NCBI RefSeq assembly: GCF_004010195.1
Contig: NC_057750.1
Span: forward strand, 14,363,221 to 14,427,220
Direction of reading: 5' to 3'
DNA: 64,000 nucleotides
Source: Chiloscyllium plagiosum
Taxonomy: Eukaryota
How positions within the stretch are numbered: the stretch's first letter is position 1; each line of letters opens with the position of its first letter. The notes beneath the pieces were generated by a model. That model searched no databases and was not told the origin of the DNA. It was given only the letters and a program-made list of their open reading frames with translations. The translations under genes were made by a program, and so were the position numbers. Below are positions 13,945 to 24,539 of this stretch, piece after piece.

Positions 13945-14065
13945 CCAGTGTTATCTTTGTTGTGACATGTAGGAAAATGTGGAAGCTAATTTGCCCATGC
14001 AAATCCCACGCAATACTAGATAACAGTTCTGATTTAGTGATATTGGCTGATAGATGAATAATATA
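13945..14065 (-). mobile_element. Deu-domain SINE fragment
   Basis: gtaggaaaatgtggaagctaatttgc...tttagtgatattggctga is the reverse complement of the Deu core. Confidence 0.55.
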
Positions 14066-14487
14066 CAGATGTTTCAAGAAATACATGTAAGATGATCAAA
14101 GGTGCTACCAAGTAAAACAGGAGTTGTGGATCTTTTGTCAGAGAAAGCCCAATGGTATTAGCCATGATCCCATTCAATCTAGGTGTGGTGAAGCAGACAT
14201 ATACGTTTGGACCCTTTAGACTTAATAGAGCAAAAAAATTGGAACGTACTGGGGGAAATAGTAGGGGTAGGAAACTATTAAGTTTTATTAGAAAATGAAA
14301 GGATGCAAAAAGATGATTGAATAAATCAACATCAGCAAAAGAACCATCTTGAATGGAAGGCTAACACATTGGCAATTAGCGGCTTAAAAATGCAGTTTCT
14401 CCCAACAATAGCTGTAGGAGGATGCCTGGTAGTAAAAGGATCTGGGAAATAGATGTTAAGGAATGCAAGGAAGTGTAACTTTGACCT

Positions 14488-15012
14488 TAGTCATACAGCA
14501 TGGAAACAGACCCTTTGGTCCAACTCATCCACGCCAACCAGCTATCCTCAACTTATCCATACCAATCAAATTTCCTAAATGCATCGAGTCCCATTTGCCA
14601 GCATTTGGCTCATACCCCTTTGAACCCTTCCTAATCATGTACCTATCCAGATGCCTTTTAAATGTTGTAATTGTCCAGCTTCCACCACTTCCTCCGGCAG
14701 CTCATTCCATGCACACACCACCCTCTGTGAGAAGAAGTTTTAAATCTTTTCCTCTCACCTTAAACCTATGCCCTCTAGTTTTGGACTCCCATCTTTGCAA
14801 AAAAGACCTTGGCTATTCATCATATCCATGTAGGAAAATGAATTTAAACCTGTATCTGGGCACCCCTCGGCCTCTGACACTCCAAGGAAAAAAGCCCCAA
14901 TCTATTCAGCCTCTCCCTATAGCTCAAACCTTCCAATCCTGGCAACATACTTGTAAATCTTTCCTGAACCCTTTCAAGTTTAACAACATCTTTCCTATAG
15001 CAGGGAGACCTT
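14488..15012 (-). mobile_element. CR1/HER1 LINE 3' fragment
   Basis: Minus ORF SPCYRKDVVKLERVQERFTSMLPGLEGLSYRERLNRLGLFSLE is a CR1 ORF2 C-terminus; 3' UTR follows. Confidence 0.9.
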
Positions 15013-15155
15013 GACTGAATCCACAGAGATAGCAAAGTCAGGTTTGACCATCGGTATAGGTAGGGATGTTATATAGAGCGAGAGGAGCAACTGATTTTTT
15101 TTTTAAACTTGTTTTGTGAGTCAAACTATTTGATGATATTTGATTATATTTACAG

Positions 15156-15234
15156 TGTCATAATTCCTGAAAAGCTGGACTCTATTATCAACAAGTATGC
15201 AGAGTATACACATGACAAGTGGGCTTTTGAGAAG
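15156..15234 (+). CDS. RYR1: RyR exon (~exon 52), 79 bp
   Basis: ttacag|T GTC...GAG AAG|gtatga; [26 protein letters not shown] (start of RyR repeat 3). Confidence 0.95.
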
Positions 15235-17344
15235 GTATGATATCTCTACTGCTTTCAGCTTTTGCATTGAAATATGTTGCCTTTCACTGTGCTAACCGGC
15301 TTCAACCAGATTTTGGAACTGTAAAATCTCTAATCCATGCAGAGCAGCAGTTTAGGTGGGTTGTTTTGTGACATTGTTAAATCCTATTGTTGGCTGTCTG
15401 GCCTTTGCAAATTTACCTATACAGTACATGCAAAACTGAACTGTATAAATTTCCATACAGCGCAAGTCTGAGTTTCAGTTACCTGCACCTTAAAAGAAAA
15501 CATTTTTTAAAAAACTTGCCCCTCAGAAAATGTTCGTGTCTCACATGCTTAGAATGCGTAGTCTGCCATGAACACCGTTTGCCAAAATCGCAAGTTTTTC
15601 TGGGAATGTATCCCCTTTGAATAGCCTGATTTCACTGTGTTGTAATCGAACCAATATAGAACACTCATAACTTTTGTTCCAATCTTTTGATTAATGCTTA
15701 TAATTCAGACTTTCTTCCAACATTTTCAAGGCATGCACAGCAATAAGTACAGTGAAGATCAAAGCTCCTTTGAATTAAAATTTGCTCCCTTATGTCTGCC
15801 TTCTGCAAAAGATAAGTCAAGGGAGATACAATTGTTCTTTATTTTCAGTTCACAGCATCAAAGACTTTGTGGGATGTCTACACTATTCATCTCTTTGCTC
15901 CAGCAGGCAATAATTACCAAATTGCAAGGCTATTATTTTCAATCAAAACTGTCATACAGAAGTAATACACTTGCACAGAAGCAGAAAGACACAAGGTGTT
16001 TCTGAGGGAACACACATTCACTAAAGATGCATGCAGTCCAAGAGATCAAAATGCCTTCAGAACATGTTTTAAACTGTTTGATAATGAACAAGATCTTTTG
16101 GAACAAATAGTCTTTCATACACCTATTCATAATGAGGTTTGAAAATGGATGAGGTGATATTCTTGTTCCAAGTAAGACTTCCACTTATCAATTGAATAAA
16201 TTACAATAGTTCTGGAAACTAAATTTGAAAAACAGACATTTTAGTCCTAAACTAAAATAGAATAGGCATAGCAGGGGTTTTATGCCAAAGTAAAAATTCA
16301 TACTGCAAGCATTACCACATGATGCAATTCCACAAAAAAATTCTCTGATATCAGTTATTACAGACTGCATATTTCAAATTATGATTGTGCATGGAATATA
16401 TTTGGGAAGTGAGAAAAATGGTGTATTTTTCAGTAAATGCACAATTCAGTTGCAATATTGTTCAGGCCATATATTGCAGTCAAATAGTTAGCTTAACATG
16501 TATCAATGAGAGGAATACAATGACCATTGTCTTATCTGTCATCTGCTGGATTCCTACACCTGGGCTGATTTTTACATTGGAAACAGGAAAAAGGGGTAGC
16601 ATTTTGTGTTAGGAATCCACCCAGAGAAAACCTGACTAAGTTCCAGGTTTTCCTAGGCAATGTATACATAATTAGGCATGAGGCATTTTCATACACCCAC
16701 AGCAGCCATGACAAGGGGTTGAGAATTTAGGTTAGAACCTGCAACTGCACCATAGGCATCCAAGATGGAATAGGGGAACCAGAGGCTAGGTACCTATAAG
16801 GGGAACAGGGAGGTCCTGTTCCTGGAGGGTACCAAGATGAGGCTACTTTTCATGTAGCAGTAGCACCTCTCTTTTAATTGACATCTTCCTCAGCCTGAGT
16901 GTATTGTAGGCCATTGTTCACCTCCAAAGGCTCCGCTTTTTGAAGATACACGGCTTGTTTCCAGCACTTACTTCTTGGTGCTCACCTTGAGTCATGCCCG
17001 CTGCTCCAATGCCCAAATGATGCCAGATGGTTGAGGACCTATGTACTGACAAAATTCTGAATTCTGACTTCTCCTCTCACATATATTGAAACATTAGCTA
17101 CAAAAGGATATGCCTTTCAAACGTGGAAAAACAATTTTTTATATACCTTTTTGAATCTCTTCCCAATTCTGAGAGATGAGCTTGCTTCCGTGCACTTGGT
17201 GCAACTTCGACAGCTGCTGTTTGGCCATGTCACTGAAAAGTTACTATAAATTATTGGGGATAGGCTGTTAATGAATCTGCAAAGACATTAATTAAATGCT
17301 TTGTAGGAGGGATCCTGCTCCAACTCTTCCTTGTTGGGATAATA

Positions 17345-18048
17345 AATTTGCGGATGACTCTAAAGTCGGTGGGGTTGTGGACAGTGCGGAAGGATGTTGC
17401 GGGTTACAGATGGACATAGATAATCTGCAGGACTGGGCTGAGAGGTGACAAATGGAGTTTAATGTGGAAAAGTGTGAGATGATTCACTTTGGAAGGAGTA
17501 GTAGGAATACAGAGTACTGGGCTAATGGTAAGATGAGTAGAGAGATCACGGTGTCCATGTGCATAGATCGCTGAAAGTTGCCACCCAGGTTGATAGGGTT
17601 GTTATGAAGGCATAAGGTGTGTTAGCTTTTATTGGTAGAGGGATTGAGTTTCAGAGCCATGAGGTGATGTTGCAGCTGTACAAAACTCTGGTGCAGCCAC
17701 ACTTGGAGTATTACTTACAGTTCTGGTCACCGTATTTTAGGAAGGATGTGGAAGCATTGGAAAGGGTGCAGAGGAGATTTACCAGGATGATGCCTAGTAT
17801 GGAGGAAAGATCTCATGAGGAAAGGCTGAGGGACTTAAGGCTGTTTTCGTTAGAGAGAAGGTTAAGAGGTGACTTAATAGAGGCATACATGATTGTCAGA
17901 GAATTAGATAGGGTGGATAGTGAGAGTCTTTTTTCTCGGATGGTGATGGCTAGCATGAGGGGATATAGCTTTACGTTGAGGGGTGATAGATATAAGACAG
18001 ATGTCAGAGGTAGGTTCTTTACTCAGAGAGTAGTAATGGAGTGGAATT
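17345..18048 (+). mobile_element. CR1 LINE fragment (RT C-terminal part)
   Basis: KFADDSK motif at the start; ORF LQLYKTLVQPHLEY...QFWSPYFRKDVEALERVQRRFTRM; close to 58970-59675. Confidence 0.92.
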
Positions 18049-18134
18049 CTACCATCTCTAAATATCCGTCTGCCACTTCCAAACCTCTCTCCATCATGTA
18101 CTCAAGATTTCCAAACAGTCCCCTCATCAGGGTG

Positions 18135-18485
18135 AAGGTGGTGTAGTGGGAATGTCATTGGACTTGGATTCAAATCCCACCATGACAGCTTGTGGAATAT
18201 AAATGCAATTCATAAAATCTGAAATCTGACACTATAATCTCACTGGTGATGGCCATGAAACCATCACTGACTCATACACAAACATATTGTTCATTAATAT
18301 CCTGTGGAAAAGGAACTTTGCTGTCCTTGCACAATCTGGCTGACATACAACTCCAAACAGCAATACTGTTGACTCCTAATTCCCCTCTTAAATGGCTGAA
18401 GGAGTCATTCAGTTCAAGACAATGAGGAATAAACAAATGCTTGCCTTGCCAGTGATTCTGACATCCTATGAAAGAATAAAGAAAA
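18135..18485 (+). mobile_element. Second tRNA-derived SINE family
   Basis: Head ggtggtgtagtgg...ggattcaaatccc, body, and tail aataaacaaatgcttgccttgccagtgattctgacatcc; related to 778-970 and 56375-56732. Confidence 0.7.
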
Positions 18486-18885
18486 GAATTCCTGCTGCTG
18501 ACTGTCTCTTCTTGATCTTGCTTGTTGCTGTTTTCCACTTACTGCTCAAATCAGGTGAACAGCTGATCAGCTGTATGAAAACGAGGACCACCAGATGAAA
18601 TCTACCAAATCCCCTGCTAACATTTACAAGCAGAAATGATGTTTTCTCTCACTTGCTTCCTGAGTACTTAAATCTTGTCCTATTGTCTTCTGGTGGAACT
18701 GAGGAAGTTATTTAGAGGCAATCAACAAAATGGTACCCAAAATCAAAAGTACAAATAATTGCCAGCACTTGTTGTTCTCAGGCCAGTAAAAAGTGCTAAG
18801 GAAATTGTGACTCTGTATAAATAAGTCTTAAATCTACAATAAATTTTAAGATCAAATTTTACATGAAGTTTATTTTTCATTGCAG

Positions 18886-18975
18886 ATACAAAATAACTGG
18901 AGTTATGGTGAAACTATTGATGAAGAAGCCCAGACCCATCCATGGTTAAGACCATATAAAACATTCTCTGAAAAG
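18886..18975 (+). CDS. RYR1: RyR exon (~exon 53), 90 bp
   Basis: ttgcag|ATA...GAA AAG|gtatag; [30 protein letters not shown]. Confidence 0.95.
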
Positions 18976-19114
18976 GTATAGGCATTACTGTTTGAATCTG
19001 GATAAAATACTTTATCAATATACCCACAGTTAATACCTACTACCATGTACAAGATTTAATTTTAAAAGCACTTTACAGCTTACAGCTATTAACAATTAAC
19101 ATGGATGTCTCTAG

Positions 19115-19258
19115 GACAGGGAAATATATAGATGGCCAATTAAGGAATCTCTAAAAGCTATGATTGCCTGGGAATGGACGATTGAAAAAGCAGGCGAGGG
19201 AGTGGAAAAGAGTGAGAAAGGAGAGAAGAAAACCCGCAAGATTTCACAATCCGCCCAG
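19115..19258 (+). CDS. RYR1: RyR exon (~exon 54), 144 bp, phosphorylation loop
   Basis: ctctag|GAC...GCC CAG|gtaagt; [48 protein letters not shown]. Confidence 0.95.
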
Positions 19259-19289
19259 GTAAGTAAAAGATTTCAGTAATCTAAGTATG

Positions 19290-19710
19290 TAAATTAGTTT
19301 GCTGAGCTGGAAGATTTGTTTTCAGACGTTTCGTCACCATACTAGGTAACATCATCAGTGAGAGTTTCCGATGAAATGCTGATGGTATGGCCCGCCTCTC
19401 TATGTATAGGTCTTGGTTTCTTAAGGTGGATGACGTCATTTCTGGTTCTTTTTTTCAAGGGAAAGTCGATGGGATCTAAATCGATGTGTTTATTGATGGA
19501 GTTCTGGTTAGAATGCCAGGCCTCTAAGAATCCTTGTGTGGGTCTTTGTTTTGCCTGTCCTAGGATGTGTGTGTTGTCCCAGTCAAAGTGGTGTCACTCT
19601 TTGTCTGTATGTATAAAAACTAGTGATAGTAGGTCATGGTCTTTTGGTGGCCAGTTAGTGTTCATGTATCTTCGTGGCAAGTTTCCTGCTAATTTATCCG
19701 ATGTAACCTG
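19290..19710 (-). mobile_element. Penelope-like element 3' fragment: decayed GIY-YIG endonuclease plus terminal repeat with hammerhead
   Basis: Minus translation YIG*ISRKLATKIHEH*LATKR/HDLLSLVFIHTDKE*HHFDWDNTHILGQAKQRPTQGFLEAWHSNQNSINKHIDLDPI, with stops and a frameshift. Confidence 0.85.
19322..19361 (-). ncRNA. Minimal type I hammerhead ribozyme motif, intact core
   Basis: UCA-CUGAUGA-U-GUUACC uaguau GGUGAC-GAA-ACGU-C^UGA. Confidence 0.75.
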
Positions 19711-19984
19711 TTGGTTGAGTTTGTTCAGCTAAAATGGTTGCCACTCAACATCAAGAATGGCTGAGTAAACATAGAATTTTCACCATAGAAACAGCCTTTA
19801 GTGTTCATGCTCCACATGAGCCTTCTACTTTGCTTTGCCTTACTCTTATCAATATGTCCTTTTAGATCCTTTATTTTTCAAGTGCTAGTTTCCCTGAAAT
19901 GTTACTCTCCTCAATCCTTAACCCTTCTATGTGGTAATGAGTAAAGAAGTTCCTCCAGAATTCCTTATTAGATTTACTTTTGAT

Positions 19985-20255
19985 TCGAGGTTTAGAAAAG
20001 ATTTGTAGCTCGGGTTGTGGACGAGGTCATAGATTCATTCGCCGAGCTGGTGTGTTTTTCTATAGACGTTTCGTCGCCTCACTGTGTGACATTGTCAGTT
20101 CATCTTCTCAGTCTATTTAATGTTATATGACTGGAAGTACTAAAAAACAAAAACACACAAATACCAGACAGGCCAGACCACCAATACTTTACCCAGCAAG
20201 GCTACGAAATGTCCGCAGAAAAGCACACCAGCTCAGCCAATGAATCTATGACTCT
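19985..20255. mobile_element. PLE-derived fold-back element
   Basis: Inverted arms ~20026-20075 / ~20204-20252; minus-strand hammerhead remnant ctgacaa-t-gtcac...ggcgac-gaa-acgt-c. Confidence 0.65.
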
Positions 20256-20389
20256 ATTTTTGACTATGTTAAATTTATAGCCCTCCCCTTTGAACAAGTG
20301 GGAACAGTTTCTCTACCTAGATTCTGTCAAGCCCTGCTATTACCGTAAAGAACTCTTAGGCTACCCTGTAATCATTATCTAGGAAGGTG

Positions 20390-20762
20390 ACCTTATAGAG
20401 GTTTACAAAAACACGAGGAGCATGGATAGGATAAATAGACAAAGTCTTTTCCCTGGGGTCAGGGAGTCCAGAACTAGAGGGCATAGATTTAGGGTGAGAG
20501 GGGAATGATATAAAAGAGACCTACGGGGTAACCTTTTCACACGGAGAGATAGTACATGTATGGAATGAGCTGCCAGAGGAAGTGGTGGAGGATAGTACAA
20601 TTGCAACATTTAAGAGGCATCTGGATGGGTAAATGAATAGGAAGGGTTTGTAGGGATATGGACCGGGTGCTGGCAGGTGGGACTAGGTTGGGTTGGAATA
20701 GCTGGTCGGCATGGACGAGTTGGACCGAAGGGTCTGTTTCCATGCTGTACATCTCTATGACT
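20390..20762 (+). mobile_element. CR1/HER1 LINE 3' end
   Basis: DLIEVYK...ESRTRGHRFRVRG-type coding remnant plus 3' UTR. Confidence 0.9.
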
Positions 20763-20937
20763 GGTATCGTCCTTTTCCTTTGCACATTTTCCAGAGCTGC
20801 TCTGTTCTTACTATTAGACAATAATATATGTGTAATAGGGAAACTATTGGAGAAAATAGTGAAGGAGAAAATCTCCGTTTTAGAGAGGCCAAGTTCAATC
20901 AGAAATAGTCAGTTTTGCTTTGTCAAAGGGAGGTCGT

Positions 20938-21169
20938 AGCTTAAAAATGTGTTGCTGGAAAAGCGCAGCAGGTCAGGCAGCATCAAAGGAGAAGGAGAAT
21001 AGGTCAGGCAGCATCAAAGGAGAAGGAGAATCGACGTTTCGGGCATACGCCCTTCTTCAGGAATTGCTTAAACATCGATTCTCCTTCTCCTTTGATGCTG
21101 CCTGACCTGCTGCACTTTTCCAGCAACACATTTTTAAGCTCTGATCGCATCTGCAGTCCTCACTTTCTC
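20938..21169. mobile_element. PLE-derived fold-back element with TSD and hammerhead
   Basis: Arms 20938-21140; TSD caaagggaggtc at 20924-20935 and 21170-21181; minus-strand CUGAAGA-A-GGGC guau GCCC-GAA-ACGU-C at 21028-21064. Confidence 0.85.
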
Positions 21170-22059
21170 CAAAGGGAGGTCATGCCTAACAAGTTTGATT
21201 GTACTTTTTGTGGAGGTGACCAAGTGTTTGGATGAAGGTAGGGCGGTTGATGTACTTTACACGGATTCTACGAAGTCCCATATGGGAAACTTATAAAAGA
21301 GGTAAAAGCTTGTTGGATCCTGGGTAGATTGGCAAGTTGGATCCGAAATTAGCTAGTGACAGGAGACAGAGGGTGGTGGTAAAAGGCTGGTGTGACTGGA
21401 GCCCAGTGTACAGTGGCATTTCACAGAGGTCAGCGCTGGGCACCTTATTATTTATGATATTCATAAATTATATAGATAAGAATATAGTAGAGGGTGAGAA
21501 TGATCAGTAAATTTGCAGATGACAAAGATTAGCCAGGTGATTAACAGTATGGAGGAATCTTAGGTTTCAGGAGAATATAAATGGATTGGCAGACAGGCAG
21601 GTGGAATTAAATCCCAATAAATGTCTAGTGATGCGCTTTGGAAGAAAATAATCAATGACAGACACAAGGAAGCTCAGAGGGACAGAGGAATCTTGGGGTG
21701 CATGTCTATGGATACATGAAGGTGACTGGACATGTTAATAGAGTAGTTAAGAAGCCATACAGGGTGTCAGCTGTTATCAGTCATGGTGTAGATTATAAGA
21801 ACAGGGAGGTTATGTTGGAGCTGTACTGAACTCTGGTTAAACCGTAGCTGGCGTCCTATAGGAAAGATGTGATTGTTCTGAAGGGAGTGCAGAGGAAATT
21901 CACCAGTATGTTGCAGCTATGAAGAGAGGTTAGATTATGTTGTCTTCTTTGGAACAGAGAAGTTTGAGGGGGACTTGATTTGAGGTGTATAAAATTACAA
22001 GGGCAAGGAGAGAGCAGATACAAAGCAACTGTTCCTGCTTAGTCAAAGGTAAAATAACC

Positions 22060-22410
22060 ATCACGTTACCGGAACCCTCATGGGCTGTTCTGTCATTATA
22101 GGGGGAAGTGGGTACTGGAGATTAGAGTCAAGATTAGAGTAGTGCTGGAAAAGCACAGCAGGTTAGGCAGTATCCGAGGAGCAGGAAAATCGATGTTTCG
22201 GACAAAAGCCCTTCTTCAGGAATGCCATTATAGAGTGAGAGACAGCTAGTGGTTCTTTAACCTGAGAGTCACCATGCATCAGGTGAGGGGTGAGTTTGAG
22301 AAGGAGAAACCTTCGTGGTAATCTCCACTGGTGCAGGAATTGAACCCATGCTGTTGGCATTAACTCTGCATTGCAAATCAGCCATCCAGCCAACTGAGCT
22401 AAATTGACCC
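22060..22410 (-). mobile_element. tRNA-derived SINE (third family) with a PLE fragment inserted at 22102-22225
   Basis: Minus-strand head ttagctcagttgg...gggttcaattcc; inner insert flanked by cattatag at 22094-22101 and 22226-22233. Confidence 0.7.
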
Positions 22411-22986
22411 TGGTCAAAGGGTCAAGAACGAGGAGGCACACTTTTAAAGTCAAAGTCAGAAGCTTTAGATGGGATTTGAGGAAAAAAATCTTTTCAATCA
22501 GTTGGTGGTGGGGTTCTGGAGTGCACTGACTGGGAGGATAGTTGAGGCGGGTAACCTCATTACCTTTAAATTAGTACTTAGATGAACATTTGTAGTGCCA
22601 TAACATTCAAGGCTATGAGACTAGCACAGAGAAGTGGCACTAGAGTAGGGAGCAGTGCATTTTTTCTGAAGGGCCTCTTCTGTAGTCTAATATTCTATGA
22701 TAAGAAATAATTGGCCTAACTGAAACTTAAACAAACATTTTTTTAAAAGGGATAATGGCATTTTTACAAGCATACCCTTTTTGGCTTAGTCATTGCTTCT
22801 TGAGAATTATGTAAATCATGAGGCTGTTGTGAAGAATTTTAAAACATACATGGTGAAATCTTGTTGAACTTTGAAATGACAAAGCAAGTGGTCGCTTTAC
22901 GATAGTGATTTTTTATGCTTTGACAAATTATTTTATTTTTGTCATTGTTCCATAATATTGTTTCATAATATGAATTTCTCATGCAG

Positions 22987-23064
22987 ATGGTCTATGATCC
23001 TAGTCATGGATACAATCCACAACCCCCTGAGCTGCTGAACATGACATTGTCTCGTGAATTGCAG
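22987..23064 (+). CDS. RYR1: RyR exon (~exon 55), 78 bp
   Basis: atgcag|ATG...TTG CAG|gtagag; MVYDPSHGYNPQPPELLNMTLSRELQ. Confidence 0.93.
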
Positions 23065-24539
23065 GTAGAGAATATATATTGTTTTCACTCGAACGATTTA
23101 CAGCTCTGCAGGGTAATATTTCAGTGTGATTTCACATCTGCTTGGAAACTGCTGTTTTCAGTGGTCACAGACAATTTACTCAAGTTGTATTAATTTGACA
23201 ATACATTGTACATTGAAATTACAAGGTGAAGGTGAAAATTCTTGGAGTGTTGCATCATATCAAACAATTTGTCCTGTCGATTGATTTGTTAATTCAGGTG
23301 AATATTACTTAGTCTGATAAGCATCGTGAATCTTCATAATGTAAACAGAATTATAAATACGGAGGAAATTGTGTGACATTTCCCTGTGGTCACTCATGTT
23401 ATCAAAAAATGGTAATGACTCAATAACATTAAAAAGAACTACCAGATACCTTTTATGTTTACCACTGGTCAAATCACCTTAATTTTATTATGCATCTATG
23501 AATATTAGTGAGAAATTTAAAAACACATCCAAGTATTTTTGTTGAAGTTCAGACAGGCAGATTATGTAGTGGCCTAGGCTGGGATGTAAAACCTGAATAC
23601 TGAATTCCAGGACAGACCTGCAAAGAGACTTGTGGTTAAGAAAAGATAGGGACTTCAATTCCTTTCTCCACAATGGTGGCAGAATCAAAACAATAATGTT
23701 ACACCAACTGAAGCCTCCTCGATCATTTCCAGGTTTTTCTCATTTGATGAATGTTTTAATGTTTGTGGTAGAAACGAGCAGCAACCTCATGACCTCCTTC
23801 AAATCTCAGTGTATAATTCATGCTCTCCATAATATTGTGGATTTGATGTTGTGTGATCAAACTATTGGTTCTTGAAAGAATCGCTGTAGGCTACTCAAGA
23901 AAAAGATTCTTAAATGATCTTCATGAGATTTAGGGGTGTTTATTATTATCTTAATTAAACTGTCCCAGCTTGGGACTATCTGACCTGTTTCTTTTTAATC
24001 AGTAAACTGATCTAAAAGAGTGAGCTGCTCACCAAAGGCTGTTAGTAATGGCCGCCTATAAAAATGGTTGGGGTCTCCAGTTGTTTCTACTGGTGGATGG
24101 TGAGTTTGCTCCTCCTAACTGCTGGCTAATGGAAACACTTTAAAGATGCAAAGCCTTACAGCACTGAGAAAAGTCAGAGCTGGTGTGGAGTTGACAGCAT
24201 GGAGGCTGCAGGCATTTCTTGTTTCTGTCAGTGCAGCAACAGGAGACTACCCTGGAAGTGCAGGGTGTGTAAGAACCACACAACTTTCAAAGCAAATGTG
24301 ATGCAGTAGCTGATAAGCAGGCTGTGACTGTATAGGAGGCAACCTGGTTCATTTAACTAGCCACTATTAAACTCATCAATTTTCTTGCATTATATCAGTG
24401 GTATTAAAATCATTATAACATAGTCATCCATCCCATTGTGTACATGCTGAACCTCCTAAAGAGTAATTCACGTACTATCCTACCTGCCCTCTCTTCAGTT
24501 CCTGCATATTCCTCCCTATCGGAGGATTAGAATATTTAG

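Larger units (their letters stand above)
20830..22700 (+). mobile_element. Old CR1 LINE (RT region to 3' end) interrupted by three insertions
   Basis: Degenerate RT motifs (GRSCLT, SKFADD) and GDLI.VYK remnant; 3' tail gaagggcctcttctgtag. Confidence 0.8.
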
